Source: Deltaproteobacteria bacterium (GTDB taxonomy: Bacteria > UBA10199 > DSSB01 > JACPFA01). Taken from it: a stretch of 64,000 nt of DNA. The stretch lies in assembly GCA_016183235.1 (NCBI GenBank), contig JACPFA010000003.1, positions 39,560 to 103,559 on the forward strand, in the 5' to 3' direction. The position numbers and the translations under genes are program-made. This document shows, in pieces, positions 32,987 through 42,408 of this stretch (position 1 is the first letter of the stretch; the number at the start of each line of letters is the position of its first letter). The notes under the pieces were generated by a model. It did not search any database and was not told the origin of the DNA. It saw only the letters and a list, made by a program, of their open reading frames with translations.

Positions 32987-33989
32987 CCCTAAAATTTACA
33001 TCACTCAAATTTCCTTCCGTATAAACGCCGGTTAATAAATCTTCTGCCCTAGGTCCCGAAGCTTTGGCCGCTGCCTGCCAAGCGGCTTCAATAAGCTCGT
33101 TAACTTCGAGGCTGAGTTTTTTGTCGGCCTCTTCGGTAAAATCAATTTCTTTCACCAGCTGCTCTTTCATTAATAAAAGCGGGTCGCGTTTTTCCCAGGC
33201 TTCTATTTCGTCACGCGGCACATAACCCGCGCTATCGTGAGTACCATGGCCACACATGCGCATGGTTTTGCATTCCATTAAAACGGGGCCTTTCCCTGCC
33301 AGCACATGGTCACGGGCTTTAAGAGCATTTTGATAAACGGCCACGACATCATTCCCGTCTACTAGTATCCCGGAGATGCCATACCCTGCGGCGCGATCGG
33401 CTAGATTCTTGACCGCAAACTGCTCTTGCACGGGGGTTGAAATCGCATAACCATTATTATTTATTATAAAAACCACCGGCAGTTTAAACACGGCAGCGTA
33501 ATTTAAACTCTCATGCACAATACCTTGAGAGCTGGCACCATCTCCGAAAGTCGTTAAAACAAAATTGGGATCACCGCGGTATTTCATAGCAGCCGCCAAA
33601 CCATTGGCCACACAAGCAGATGCCCCCATGTGACTGATAAATCCTAAAATCTTTTTATCGGTACAACCAAAATGAATATTTTCATCTCGGCCTTGGGTCA
33701 GCGAAGTAGCACGACAAAAATACTGTGCAAAGATTTCTTGGGGAGTAATGCCGCGCACCAAATGAGCGCCCATGTCACGATGCCCAACCGCCAGCCAATC
33801 ACCTTGCCGTAACGCATGAGCTGCCCCAACACTGATGGCCTCTTGGCCCGCGGAGAGATAACCCTTTCCAACAATTAAGGGATCGTTAGCATTTTGGCTT
33901 TGACAAATGGTTGCAACGCGGTTTTCCAGGGTGCGCGTGGTCACCAGGTAGCGGTAGAGGGTTTTTAACAGGTCGGGCGTTAATTCCAA
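32967..33989 (-). CDS. 2-oxo-acid dehydrogenase E1 alpha subunit (TPP-dependent)
   Basis: GDGASSQG..NNNGYAIS TPP motif. TTG start with AGGAGG 5 nt upstream. Confidence 0.9.
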   Translation of the reverse strand: MELTPDLLKTLYRYLVTTRTLENRVATICQSQNANDPLIVGKGYLSAGQEAISVGAAHALRQGDWLAVGHRDMGAHLVRGITPQEIFAQYFCRATSLTQGRDENIHFGCTDKKILGFISHMGASACVANGLAAAMKYRGDPNFVLTTFGDGASSQGIVHESLNYAAVFKLPVVFIINNNGYAISTPVQEQFAVKNLADRAAGYGISGILVDGNDVVAVYQNALKARDHVLAGKGPVLMECKTMRMCGHGTHDSAGYVPRDEIEAWEKRDPLLLMKEQLVKEIDFTEEADKKLSLEVNELIEAAWQAAAKASGPRAEDLLTGVYTEGNLSDVNFRGRSRML

Positions 33990-34097
33990 TAGGCCTCCTG
34001 TAAAATTATTTTTATGTACACCTCAAGACAGATTTATTGTATCACAGTCAATGTAATTTGAACAGCCTCATAGCGTCATTTCAAGGCATAACGCGTC

Positions 34098-35015
34098 ATG
34101 AAAAAACCCATCAAACCCAAGGTGTTAAAACCCGGTGATACTTTAGCCATTGCGGCACCCTCCAGTTCTTTTGAAAAAGAGCCCTTTTTGCGAGGGGTGG
34201 AGAAATTAAAGACGCTTGGATTTAAGGTGGTCTTTCAAGAAGATATTTTTTCTACCCGCCGTTACTTGGCCGGCACCGATGAACGGCGCAGTCAAGAATT
34301 GATTGGTTATTTAGCCGACCCTTCGATTAAAGCCATTCTCACGGCCCGGGGTGGCTATGGGGCAGGAAGAATTTTAAACAAACTCGATGCCGCTCAAGCT
34401 CAATTTTCCCCCAAGGTTTTATTGGGCTATTCCGATTTTACCTCGATCTTAAATTATTTTGGGCAAATGTTGGGTTGGGTTACTTTTCAGGGCCCTTGCT
34501 TAGCCAAAGACTTTGACAACCTTCGCCCCCGCGGCCTTGAATCTCTCGTGCAAGCCCTGACCTCTGTAAAACCGTTGGGGGAACTCAGCCCTCCTGAACT
34601 CATCACTATTCATCCTGGCGTGGCAGAAGGGGTTTTGGTGGGCGGATGTCTTTCGTTGATCACCTGCACCTTGGGGACACCTTATCAAATAAACACCCAA
34701 AACAAGATTTTATATCTAGAAGATGTGGGAGAAAAACCCTATTCTATAGACCGAATGTTGTTGCAACTACGCCAAGCGGGGCTGTTTAATGAATTGCGAG
34801 GAATTGTATTTGGCCCACTGAAAGATACCCACCATGATTTGAACTACGTGGCCGACCTACTGAAAGAATGGGTAGAAGATCTCCCTATCCCTATTGTGTT
34901 TAATTTTCCCTCGGGCCATGTGACCGATTCGCTTACGATTCCGTTTGGCGTCAACATTCGTTTAAATGCCACTAAACCTGCACTGACTTTTTTAGAAGGA
35001 GCCTTAGAATCATGA
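34098..35015 (+). CDS. ldcA: LD-carboxypeptidase (peptidase S66)
   Basis: LLGYSDFTS nucleophile region, FPSGHV. Confidence 0.85.
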   Translation: MKKPIKPKVLKPGDTLAIAAPSSSFEKEPFLRGVEKLKTLGFKVVFQEDIFSTRRYLAGTDERRSQELIGYLADPSIKAILTARGGYGAGRILNKLDAAQAQFSPKVLLGYSDFTSILNYFGQMLGWVTFQGPCLAKDFDNLRPRGLESLVQALTSVKPLGELSPPELITIHPGVAEGVLVGGCLSLITCTLGTPYQINTQNKILYLEDVGEKPYSIDRMLLQLRQAGLFNELRGIVFGPLKDTHHDLNYVADLLKEWVEDLPIPIVFNFPSGHVTDSLTIPFGVNIRLNATKPALTFLEGALES

Positions 35016-36109
35016 GCCTTGAAGCCATTGATGCTGCTTGCTTAGCCGGAAGTAAGGAAAAACTTTTTCCCGGCGCCGCTTTGTTAGTGGGAAAGGGGCA
35101 AGAAGCGTTGGTAGAAAAATATTATGGCCATTTCACCTACGAAACAAATAGCTTAAGCGTCACCGCAAGTTCCTATTTCGACATTGCTTCGCTTACCAAG
35201 GCCATCGCGACCACCTGTTTATTTATGCTTGCCTCCCAAGAAGGCCGGCTTGATTTAAATCAACCCGCTCGAAACTTTTTTCCTACCTTGACCCCAGCTC
35301 ACAATTACAGCATCACCCAATTACTCAACCATACTTCGGGGTTACGAGATTGGCTGCCGCTTTATCAACAAACGCATCGACTTAAAAAAGGTAAACTCAC
35401 TTTAGAAAACTTAATCTTAAACGAAATTCAAGAAAAGGGCTTAGACCGTGCTAAACAAGGCAGCCATGTCTACAGCGATCTGAATTTTATCTTGTTGGGA
35501 TTCATTTTAGAAAAGATTTATGAAAAAAAATTAGACGTGCTTTTTCAAGAAAAAGTTGCGGGGCCACTTAATATTAAAGATATGTTTTATTTGCCTTTAA
35601 TAGATGCACCCTCGGGGGCCAAAATGATACCTGTGGATCGCAATGACACCTCGAGCTTTGTACCCACTGAGTTTTGCACTTGGCGCAATCGAACCATTCA
35701 AGGAGAAGTGCATGATGAGAATACTTATTTTATGAGGGGAGTGGCTGGCCATGCTGGATTATTTGCGACTTTGCGGGCGGTTGGTCAATGGGTGCAAGAA
35801 ATGCTCAAAGCCCACTTGGGAAATTCTAGTTGGTTAAAAAAATCCACTTTTGAAATTTTTGTACCCCAAGCTCAACCTTATTTCTTAGGGTTTGACCGAC
35901 CCAACGCTGCTTCGTTAGCGGGGAAATACTTTTCTAAAAATTCTATAGGGCATCTGGCCTTTACGGGTTGCTCGTTTTGGCTTGATCTCGAAGATCAAAA
36001 ATCGATCGTCTTGCTCACCAATCGCACTTATCCTAAGCGCTACGATAAAACGGTGTTCAATCAATTCCGCATTAAAATTCACAATCTCATCTGCGAGGAA
36101 TTATTTTGA
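35012..36109 (+). CDS. Serine hydrolase, beta-lactamase/AmpH-like family
   Basis: SxxK (ASLTKA), YSDLN. Confidence 0.8.
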   Translation: MSLEAIDAACLAGSKEKLFPGAALLVGKGQEALVEKYYGHFTYETNSLSVTASSYFDIASLTKAIATTCLFMLASQEGRLDLNQPARNFFPTLTPAHNYSITQLLNHTSGLRDWLPLYQQTHRLKKGKLTLENLILNEIQEKGLDRAKQGSHVYSDLNFILLGFILEKIYEKKLDVLFQEKVAGPLNIKDMFYLPLIDAPSGAKMIPVDRNDTSSFVPTEFCTWRNRTIQGEVHDENTYFMRGVAGHAGLFATLRAVGQWVQEMLKAHLGNSSWLKKSTFEIFVPQAQPYFLGFDRPNAASLAGKYFSKNSIGHLAFTGCSFWLDLEDQKSIVLLTNRTYPKRYDKTVFNQFRIKIHNLICEELF

Positions 36110-36110
36110 C

Positions 36111-36151
36111 ATGTCATCCCCCGACTTGATCGGGGGATCCACAGATGACAT
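36111..36151. repeat. B-like palindrome in the spacer before mpl
   Basis: ATGTCATCCCCCGACTTGATCGGGGGATCCACAGATGACAT. Confidence 0.85.
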
Positions 36152-36160
36152 TTTGGTCAT

Positions 36161-37612
36161 ATGATTAATCCCAATAAAAATATTTATCTTATGGGTATTT
36201 GTGGCACCGGCATGGCTTCTCTGGCTGGCATGTTGAAGACTCAAGGGCACGTCGTTAAAGGTAGTGACCAAAATGCCTACCCGCCTATGAGCACCAAGCT
36301 GAGTGAACTAGGGATTGAAATTAAAACACCTTATCAAGCAACTAACTTAAATCCACGCCCTGATTTAGTGATCATTGGCAATGCGATTTCTAAAAATCAT
36401 GTGGAGGCCGAGGCCGTTTTACAGCAAGGCATTCCTTATTTATCGATGGCGGCTTGTTTACACGACTTTTTTTTGCAAGATAAAATTTGCCTAGTGGTGG
36501 CTGGTACACATGGCAAGACCACCAGCACAAGTCTGCTCGCCTGGGTGTTAGAATATGCTGGGTTAAACCCTAGTTTTTTTGTGGGTGGTATCCCGCTCAA
36601 TTTTAAAGACAATTTTAAATTGGATACCGGAAAGTATTTTGTGATTGAAGGCGATGAATATGACACCGCCTTTTTTGATAAGGGCCCCAAATTTTTACAT
36701 TACAACCCCACGCACGTGTTGCTCACCAGCATTGAATTTGATCACGCCGATATTTACCGTGATTTGGAACATTTAAAGAGTTCGTTTGTTCAGTTGCTTG
36801 AGATAATTTCTGGCATGGGAAGTTTAGTGGCTAATTTAGATTTTCCAGCGGTGGGAGAAGTTTTGGAGAAAGTAAACTTTAAAAAAACAGTTTGTTACTC
36901 AACAAGAAAGATTGCTTCGCCATCATGGATCCCGGGGCAAGCCCGGGATGACGTGGATTACAATGACATCGTTTTTTATCCAGAAAAAATCCAAGCCACG
37001 CCAGACGGTATGTGTTTCCATCTGAATGGAGTTGAGTTTCTCTTGCCCATGTTTGGCACTCACAATGTCAGCAATGCCGTGGGAGTTGCGCTCATTGCCC
37101 ATCAGATCGGGATTGATCTAAAAACTATTGCCGACGCATTTCGAACTTTCAAAGGCATTAAACGTCGCCAAGAAATTATTGGTGAGCCCCATGGCATTAC
37201 CATCATCGATGACTTTGCCCACCACCCCACCGCCGTGCGCGAAACCATTGCGTCAATTCGAGCCCGCTTTCCTAATCGAAAAATTTGGGCCGTGTTTGAA
37301 CCACGTAGTAATTCGAGTAAGCGCGATGTGTTTCAAAAAGATTATCCAGCTGCCTTCTTAGAAGCTGATGCTGTGCTTATTCACGACGTATTCATGCCCG
37401 AAAAAGTAAAAGATGGAAAAGTTTTGAATGTGGATGAGGTCGTTGCTCAAATCAATCAACAATCTGAACACCTCAAGGCCCAACATCTTTCAGGTATTGA
37501 CACCATCGTTTCTTACATCAAAGATCATGCCAAAGCAGGGGACATATTGCTGATCATGAGTAATGGTGGTTTTGGCGGTATTCATCAACACCTCCTAAAC
37601 AGCCTGATTTGA
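36161..37612 (+). CDS. mpl: UDP-N-acetylmuramate:L-alanyl-gamma-D-glutamyl-meso-DAP ligase
   Basis: IYLMGICGTGMASLAGML, GTHGKTTSTSL. Carries an in-frame repeat at 36907-36969. Confidence 0.9.
   Translation: MINPNKNIYLMGICGTGMASLAGMLKTQGHVVKGSDQNAYPPMSTKLSELGIEIKTPYQATNLNPRPDLVIIGNAISKNHVEAEAVLQQGIPYLSMAACLHDFFLQDKICLVVAGTHGKTTSTSLLAWVLEYAGLNPSFFVGGIPLNFKDNFKLDTGKYFVIEGDEYDTAFFDKGPKFLHYNPTHVLLTSIEFDHADIYRDLEHLKSSFVQLLEIISGMGSLVANLDFPAVGEVLEKVNFKKTVCYSTRKIASPSWIPGQARDDVDYNDIVFYPEKIQATPDGMCFHLNGVEFLLPMFGTHNVSNAVGVALIAHQIGIDLKTIADAFRTFKGIKRRQEIIGEPHGITIIDDFAHHPTAVRETIASIRARFPNRKIWAVFEPRSNSSKRDVFQKDYPAAFLEADAVLIHDVFMPEKVKDGKVLNVDEVVAQINQQSEHLKAQHLSGIDTIVSYIKDHAKAGDILLIMSNGGFGGIHQHLLNSLI
36907..36969 (+). 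repeat. B-type arm element, 63 bp, in frame inside mpl
   Basis: AAAGATTGCTTCGCCATCATGGATCCCGGGGCAAGCCCGGGATGACGTGGATTACAATGACAT, translated KIASPSWIPGQARDDVDYNDI. Confidence 0.85.
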
Positions 37613-37680
37613 ATCAGGTTGTAATTGATAGTCATTCTTCCTTAAAATAGCTTTATAGGGTGCAATCAAAAGGGGGGCTT

Positions 37681-38751
37681 ATGTTTACTTTTAAGAATTT
37701 TTTTTGGAAATGCCTTGGGTTATGTGCCCTTGTGCTCATGGGCTGTGGCTCTAGTACGAACTCCAATGATCAGAGTTCAAGCAACACCCCTTTCTATGAT
37801 GCTGTTCAATTAGTGGCACCCTCTTTTACCCCTGTCAGTAACTCTTCGTTAAATCCTCTCACCATGGCAACTGTCACAACCACCTGGGAAACCGGCAATC
37901 CACTCTATGAATTGTTTTATATCTTAAGAACCTTTAATCCGGATACGGATAACGGAGTTATCGACACTTCCAACCTCTACAAGAGTATGTGGGAGGCAAA
38001 AAATTTTTTTACTAACGCCAAAAGCAATTGCCAGGCCATCACCGAACAGACCATCACTCCTCCTTTCAATTTTGAAAATACTGCCACCACCTATAATTGT
38101 GCCTATAATGAAGACACCGATGGAGGCTATGACTTTGGAGGTGCGTTGAAAGAACTCGATGCCAATGGCAATATTGTTGAAATTACATCCGCATCTCGCA
38201 ACGATACAACAGCCGCTATCAAATACGGGGTGTTTGGATTTGTATGGGTTGACAGCAATCACAATGAATATGGCACTTTGCAAGCAATCTTAGATACCCT
38301 AACGGATGACCTCTCGGTCGACATTGCACTATGGGTCGATTACGATGGGGCTAATGATTATTGTTACCGAAACGACATCAATGGCAATACCTCCACTCAT
38401 TTATTCACCTTCCGATCCATCAAAGGAAATAAAGTGGCTGATTCGGCTTATATCTCTATCATAGGCAAAGGTTATTCCCAAGGTACAGGGAACTACTTTC
38501 TGGTAAAAATCACCAACAACGATCTAACCGGAAAGTATTATTGCATCGGGGCCGAAGATGGCGAAACCGAGTTGCGAGCCATGAGCGCAGAAGGCTCAGA
38601 TACCGTCGATGCCAACTGCGCCCCCTATCAAAGCGATGTGGATGCCATAACCCCATTCACAACCGAAGATTTAGCTTGTGAAACATCAGATTTTAATCCT
38701 GGCGGAACTGGTACAGCCTCCGAGGGCACGATTTTTCTGAATTATCAATAG
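37681..38751 (+). CDS. Hypothetical lipoprotein
   Basis: Lipobox LVLMGCGSS. AAGGGGGG Shine-Dalgarno sequence before the ATG at 37681. Confidence 0.6.
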   Translation: MFTFKNFFWKCLGLCALVLMGCGSSTNSNDQSSSNTPFYDAVQLVAPSFTPVSNSSLNPLTMATVTTTWETGNPLYELFYILRTFNPDTDNGVIDTSNLYKSMWEAKNFFTNAKSNCQAITEQTITPPFNFENTATTYNCAYNEDTDGGYDFGGALKELDANGNIVEITSASRNDTTAAIKYGVFGFVWVDSNHNEYGTLQAILDTLTDDLSVDIALWVDYDGANDYCYRNDINGNTSTHLFTFRSIKGNKVADSAYISIIGKGYSQGTGNYFLVKITNNDLTGKYYCIGAEDGETELRAMSAEGSDTVDANCAPYQSDVDAITPFTTEDLACETSDFNPGGTGTASEGTIFLNYQ

Positions 38752-38768
38752 ACCCTAAATCATACTCT

Positions 38769-39410
38769 TTATGGCAATGATCGGCTACCATCGGGTTGGT
38801 ATTCCCAACGAATGGTCATTTGCCCACCGGCATAATTGATAATCGTGAATTTTGCATATTTTCCATCGGCCGTGCGGATGCAATAAACAAGGCTCTTGGA
38901 TGAAACCGCGTGAGTGGCCGGATCATAATCAAACCAATCAGCTAATGCCGGATTACCTGAGTATTCACCCGATCCAGGAGGGCCAGGAATGGGCATCATT
39001 TCATCAACCTCATAACCTTCAGCCGGACATTCGGTAGTTCCTGCCCAATCGGTGGTTGCCATGTTCATCACCCCGCCTTGAGTTTCATGCCCTGCCATCA
39101 TGTGTGTTGTGCCACAATTGGCAGCAATCTGCGCCCTGCGAAAGGCCATGTCCCACTCGTGTGACGTAGAGGGGTCAGCGGGAGTCACAACGGCACCCGA
39201 TGAAAAATCCCAATAGGCCCAGTTGCTCGTGCTGCTAGCATCAATGATCGTTTCACCTGATAAGACAGCATTCTCCGTTGAGTCAGGGTTGTGACCCGAA
39301 TGATCTTCGGTATCGGCGTTGTTATTGTTGAATGGCTCTTCGCCCGTAACTCCGCAGGCGCTCACCAAGAGCACTAGCAGGCTGGCTAAACTTAAGTATT
39401 TTAGTTTCAT
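38769..39410 (-). CDS. Lipoprotein, HmuY-like (tentative), partner of the TonB-dependent receptor
   Basis: Lipobox LLVSACG, WDMAFRR block. Lies downstream of the receptor gene. Confidence 0.5.
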   Translation of the reverse strand: MKLKYLSLASLLVLLVSACGVTGEEPFNNNNADTEDHSGHNPDSTENAVLSGETIIDASSTSNWAYWDFSSGAVVTPADPSTSHEWDMAFRRAQIAANCGTTHMMAGHETQGGVMNMATTDWAGTTECPAEGYEVDEMMPIPGPPGSGEYSGNPALADWFDYDPATHAVSSKSLVYCIRTADGKYAKFTIINYAGGQMTIRWEYQPDGSRSLP

Positions 39411-39444
39411 ACGACTTGTCTCCTTTATATTATGAGTTAGGTGC

Positions 39445-41274
39445 TCAAGGCACGCGCAGCTCCAACCCTGCCAAGATGGTCAGGGGAAACATGGGTCTCC
39501 CTTGAAATGTCTCGTAGCGAAGGTTGGCTAAATTTTCCAAATTTACAAAAACGCGAAAATTTTTCCCAAGATTACGCGCCCCATAAAGATCAACAATGAA
39601 GGCATCGTTCACTGTGGTGGGTTGACCCAGGTGACGAAAGATCCCGCGCTTTTTGCCAAGATACTTCATTGAAAGTCGCGCGGTATAGGGACCCTTCGAA
39701 TATAAAACCCCGCCAGTTGCCATATGATGAGGTGGGCCGTAGGCAATGGAGTCCCCCGCTTGATGAACTTGATTAAACGTGTAGGAAGCAAAGGTGTGCA
39801 AACCACGCAATGGTTCTGCCGATACTTCGAACTCAAAACCGCGCGAAGTCGATGCTACCTGGCTATGCCCATAGAGCCCGGTGGTTGCATCAGGGGTAAG
39901 TTCGTTAGTCAAACGGAGATGAAACCCCGTTGCTTTCAAGACTAATCGATCATGAAGAAGTTTTTGTTGAACCCCTGCGGTAAAACCTTGCAAAGTTTCA
40001 CCATGCAAATCACTTCCGGCTGAAGCAGCCTCGCCCAATGAAGGCCAGCGCGTGCTTCTGCTCCATCGCCCCAACAAAACTCCACCCTGCCACGGCATGA
40101 TGCGCAATTCTGCGCTGGGGTTAAACTCGAGTTTGTCAACGTCACTGCCATCATAACGAAGGCCTGCGGTAAGCCCAAACCACTTCGTTGGTGTAAAATG
40201 ATTTTCTAAAAATGCGCTCCAAGTATGAAAATTGTGAGACCCACTGGGTTCATCCAGCTCGTTACGAGTAAAATCGGCACCTACATTTAAAATATTATGG
40301 AAAGTCAATTTTACTTCGGTGTTGGTCCGTACCCCCATCTTCGCTCGATCTTGGCGCGTAACATCAGGATGCATCTGAAGATTGAGAAAATAATATTCCA
40401 CCCCACCAAAAGCATTCACATGAAAAGAAGCCCTTTCTCCAAATTGATGATCGAGGGCCAAGTTGGAATTCAAAAACCAACGGTTGCGAAATTCATCATT
40501 AGAAAATTTCTTGCGGCCCCGGGAATATAATGAAAGGAGCCGCAAGCTCGTATTGGGTGAAGGGTTATAGGTCGCAAAAAAAGTTGGAGTAATATCCCAA
40601 TAAGAACGATCTTCGTAACGAAGATTGCTGAGCGGAGGCGTGCGCCGCACGTCGGTCAAGTTGTCTGTTTTTAAAAATCCAACCCCAAGTTTTGCCCAAA
40701 AAGGCCCCTTGCCTGTGGTTCCGGTTAATTCACCCCGTAGGGTATCAAAAGATCCAATAGCCGCTTGTGCCGTTGCACCGTGAGTTTTAGCTTGCTCTTG
40801 CAAAACAAAATTGATCACCGCATGATAACCACCAAAACGGGCCGGCAAAGGCGGTTTGTAAACTTCGGCACGTTTCAATAAACCGGTGGGAAGATCGTGA
40901 AACTCAACACCTTCGTAGGCCGCGTTGTTAATCGGCATACCGTCGAGGAGAACCAACACATTTCTTGAAGAATCCCTAGGCAAGCCTCGAATCAAAAGCC
41001 AATCCTCCGATGCCGCATCACCGGTGGAAAGAAAGGTAATCCCGGCACGCAGGGCTAAGGGCTCTTCTAATTCATAAAAGGATGTTCCGTAGGTGTGTAA
41101 TTCAACGCCATCAATAACTACATCGGGTTGTCCAAAGCCTAATTCTTGATGATGGGTATTTTTGCTCAAAGTCTCAGCAATAACCAGCCTTGGCAAAAGA
41201 AGGAATATTAGGCTTAAGCTCATCATCCAAATTTTTTTAAGTTTTGTTATACTCATTTTATTGTTCACACTCAA
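39445..41274 (-). CDS. TonB-dependent receptor
   Basis: 609 aa. Signal peptide, plug region ..LIRGLPRDSSRNVLVLLDGMPINN.., beta-barrel repeats. Confidence 0.85.
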   Translation of the reverse strand: MSVNNKMSITKLKKIWMMSLSLIFLLLPRLVIAETLSKNTHHQELGFGQPDVVIDGVELHTYGTSFYELEEPLALRAGITFLSTGDAASEDWLLIRGLPRDSSRNVLVLLDGMPINNAAYEGVEFHDLPTGLLKRAEVYKPPLPARFGGYHAVINFVLQEQAKTHGATAQAAIGSFDTLRGELTGTTGKGPFWAKLGVGFLKTDNLTDVRRTPPLSNLRYEDRSYWDITPTFFATYNPSPNTSLRLLSLYSRGRKKFSNDEFRNRWFLNSNLALDHQFGERASFHVNAFGGVEYYFLNLQMHPDVTRQDRAKMGVRTNTEVKLTFHNILNVGADFTRNELDEPSGSHNFHTWSAFLENHFTPTKWFGLTAGLRYDGSDVDKLEFNPSAELRIMPWQGGVLLGRWSRSTRWPSLGEAASAGSDLHGETLQGFTAGVQQKLLHDRLVLKATGFHLRLTNELTPDATTGLYGHSQVASTSRGFEFEVSAEPLRGLHTFASYTFNQVHQAGDSIAYGPPHHMATGGVLYSKGPYTARLSMKYLGKKRGIFRHLGQPTTVNDAFIVDLYGARNLGKNFRVFVNLENLANLRYETFQGRPMFPLTILAGLELRVP

Positions 41275-41387
41275 AATTTTGCCAAAAAAAACCCAGCAAC
41301 AAGTTTGTCTTGCTACTGGGCTCTAGATTTAAAACCGCTGGCCGCTATTTTTTTTAATGCTGGGCAAACATTACCCAGCCATTCAAT

Positions 41388-41591
41388 TTATCCCTTTTGT
41401 TGCTCCTCAATAGATAACACCACCGTTCTCTTGCAACGACGGCATTTTAACTCAACGCCATTAGGTCGTAAGCGAGCCAGTAAGTTGCCACACTCGCAGC
41501 GTGCCTCCTGGCAATCACCACTAACCTTTGACAAGCTGTTAGTATCGTCGTGATGAAATTCTACAAATATCTTACGTCTCTCTTGCTTCAA
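41388..41591 (-). CDS. Small zinc-ribbon protein (Com-like CxxC..CxxC)
   Basis: 67 aa. CECGNLLARLRPNGVELKCRRCKRT. Confidence 0.5.
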   Translation of the reverse strand: MKQERRKIFVEFHHDDTNSLSKVSGDCQEARCECGNLLARLRPNGVELKCRRCKRTVVLSIEEQQKG

Positions 41592-41794
41592 TGTTGAACC
41601 CTGGTTTCATGCATAAAATAAGCGGGTCTTTTGCGTTCATCAAGATCGAGAACCGTTTGAGCTACGTTTTGCACAAAAATGAGAAAATCTTGATAGGACA
41701 AATGAATGGCCGTTACTCCAAAATGAAGACAAATGCAGCCATTAGGACAAATCGTGATCGCACAATCAGTTCGACGCATATTTGGATTTTGCAT
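41588..41794 (-). CDS. Small hypothetical Cys-rich protein
   Basis: 68 aa. 4-nt overlap with the downstream zinc-ribbon gene. Confidence 0.4.
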   Translation of the reverse strand: MQNPNMRRTDCAITICPNGCICLHFGVTAIHLSYQDFLIFVQNVAQTVLDLDERKRPAYFMHETRVQH

Positions 41795-41844
41795 AAAATT
41801 TACCCTCTCCGGTTTAGGTTGAACTTAGGCTAGCCCTCTATAAT

Positions 41845-41863
41845 GAAATTGAAAATCATTTTC
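41845..41863. promoter_or_regulatory. Fur-box-like operator
   Basis: GAAATTGAAAATCATTTTC matches GATAATGATAATCATTATC at 15 of 19 positions. Lies upstream of the small-protein/TonB-receptor operon. Confidence 0.5.
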
Positions 41864-41931
41864 ATTTATAGAAGTCAAGTATAAATCTTGGTTGTGTTTG
41901 TCAACATGAAAATTTATCTATTTAGAAAAGC

Positions 41932-42015
41932 CGTCATCGCAAGCTTAAAGCAGGCGTGGCAAATTCTAACATTTTAAAATGGAAGATTCTTCATCCTGCT
42001 GGATTTAGAATGACA
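41932..42015 (+). repeat. Degenerate A/B-type element
   Basis: CGTCATCGCAAG..GCAAATTCT..AAATGGAAGATTCTTCATCCTGCTGGATTTAGAATGACA. Confidence 0.7.
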
Positions 42016-42165
42016 ATTAGATGTTAAAAGTACAAATAATATTAATAAGTTATATCTATTTTGGATTAGGAATTTAGTCCTTGCCTAAGGTTATAAAACC
42101 TGGAACAATATTAGCAACAAGTGAAGTGTGAATAACCGATATGTCTTTTAAGAGTAGGTTTTTTC

Positions 42166-42408
42166 ATGACAAAAATTACTGATCAACCTATCGCTGTTGG
42201 TAAGGTACTCGAAGAACAACCTATCGCTGTTGGTAAGGCACTCGAGGGTTTTGACTCCCTCATCCTAGGCACTTTAAAGCGTCCACCCTTAGACAATACT
42301 AACAGCATTGGGGGAGATAAATTTTCAGTTGGTTCTCCTGTCGCTTCAGCAGATAAGGGTGTAGCCCCCAAGGGTCTCGAAGGGTATTTTAAAAATCCCA
42401 AAAACTGA
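42166..42408 (+). CDS. Hypothetical small protein with an 11-aa tandem repeat
   Basis: 80 aa. 33-bp tandem x2 at 42184-42249 (QPIAVGKVLEE / QPIAVGKALEG). Confidence 0.4.
   Translation: MTKITDQPIAVGKVLEEQPIAVGKALEGFDSLILGTLKRPPLDNTNSIGGDKFSVGSPVASADKGVAPKGLEGYFKNPKN

Noticed and set aside
34098-37612. The ldcA, serine hydrolase and mpl cluster as an unusual system
   Set aside because: This is a recognisable peptidoglycan-recycling gene set. Apart from the repeat insertion in mpl, it is ordinary.
41388-41591. Com-like zinc-ribbon ORF as a sign of a Mu-like prophage
   Set aside because: No other phage genes are nearby. It is translationally coupled within a TonB-receptor operon preceded by a Fur-box-like site.
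41305-41833. Plus-strand ORFs 41305-41553 and 41591-41833
   Set aside because: They are antisense to the two coupled small minus-strand ORFs that sit behind the Fur-box-like promoter, and they have no ribosome-binding sites. The minus-strand reading is more coherent, although all calls for ORFs this small remain uncertain.
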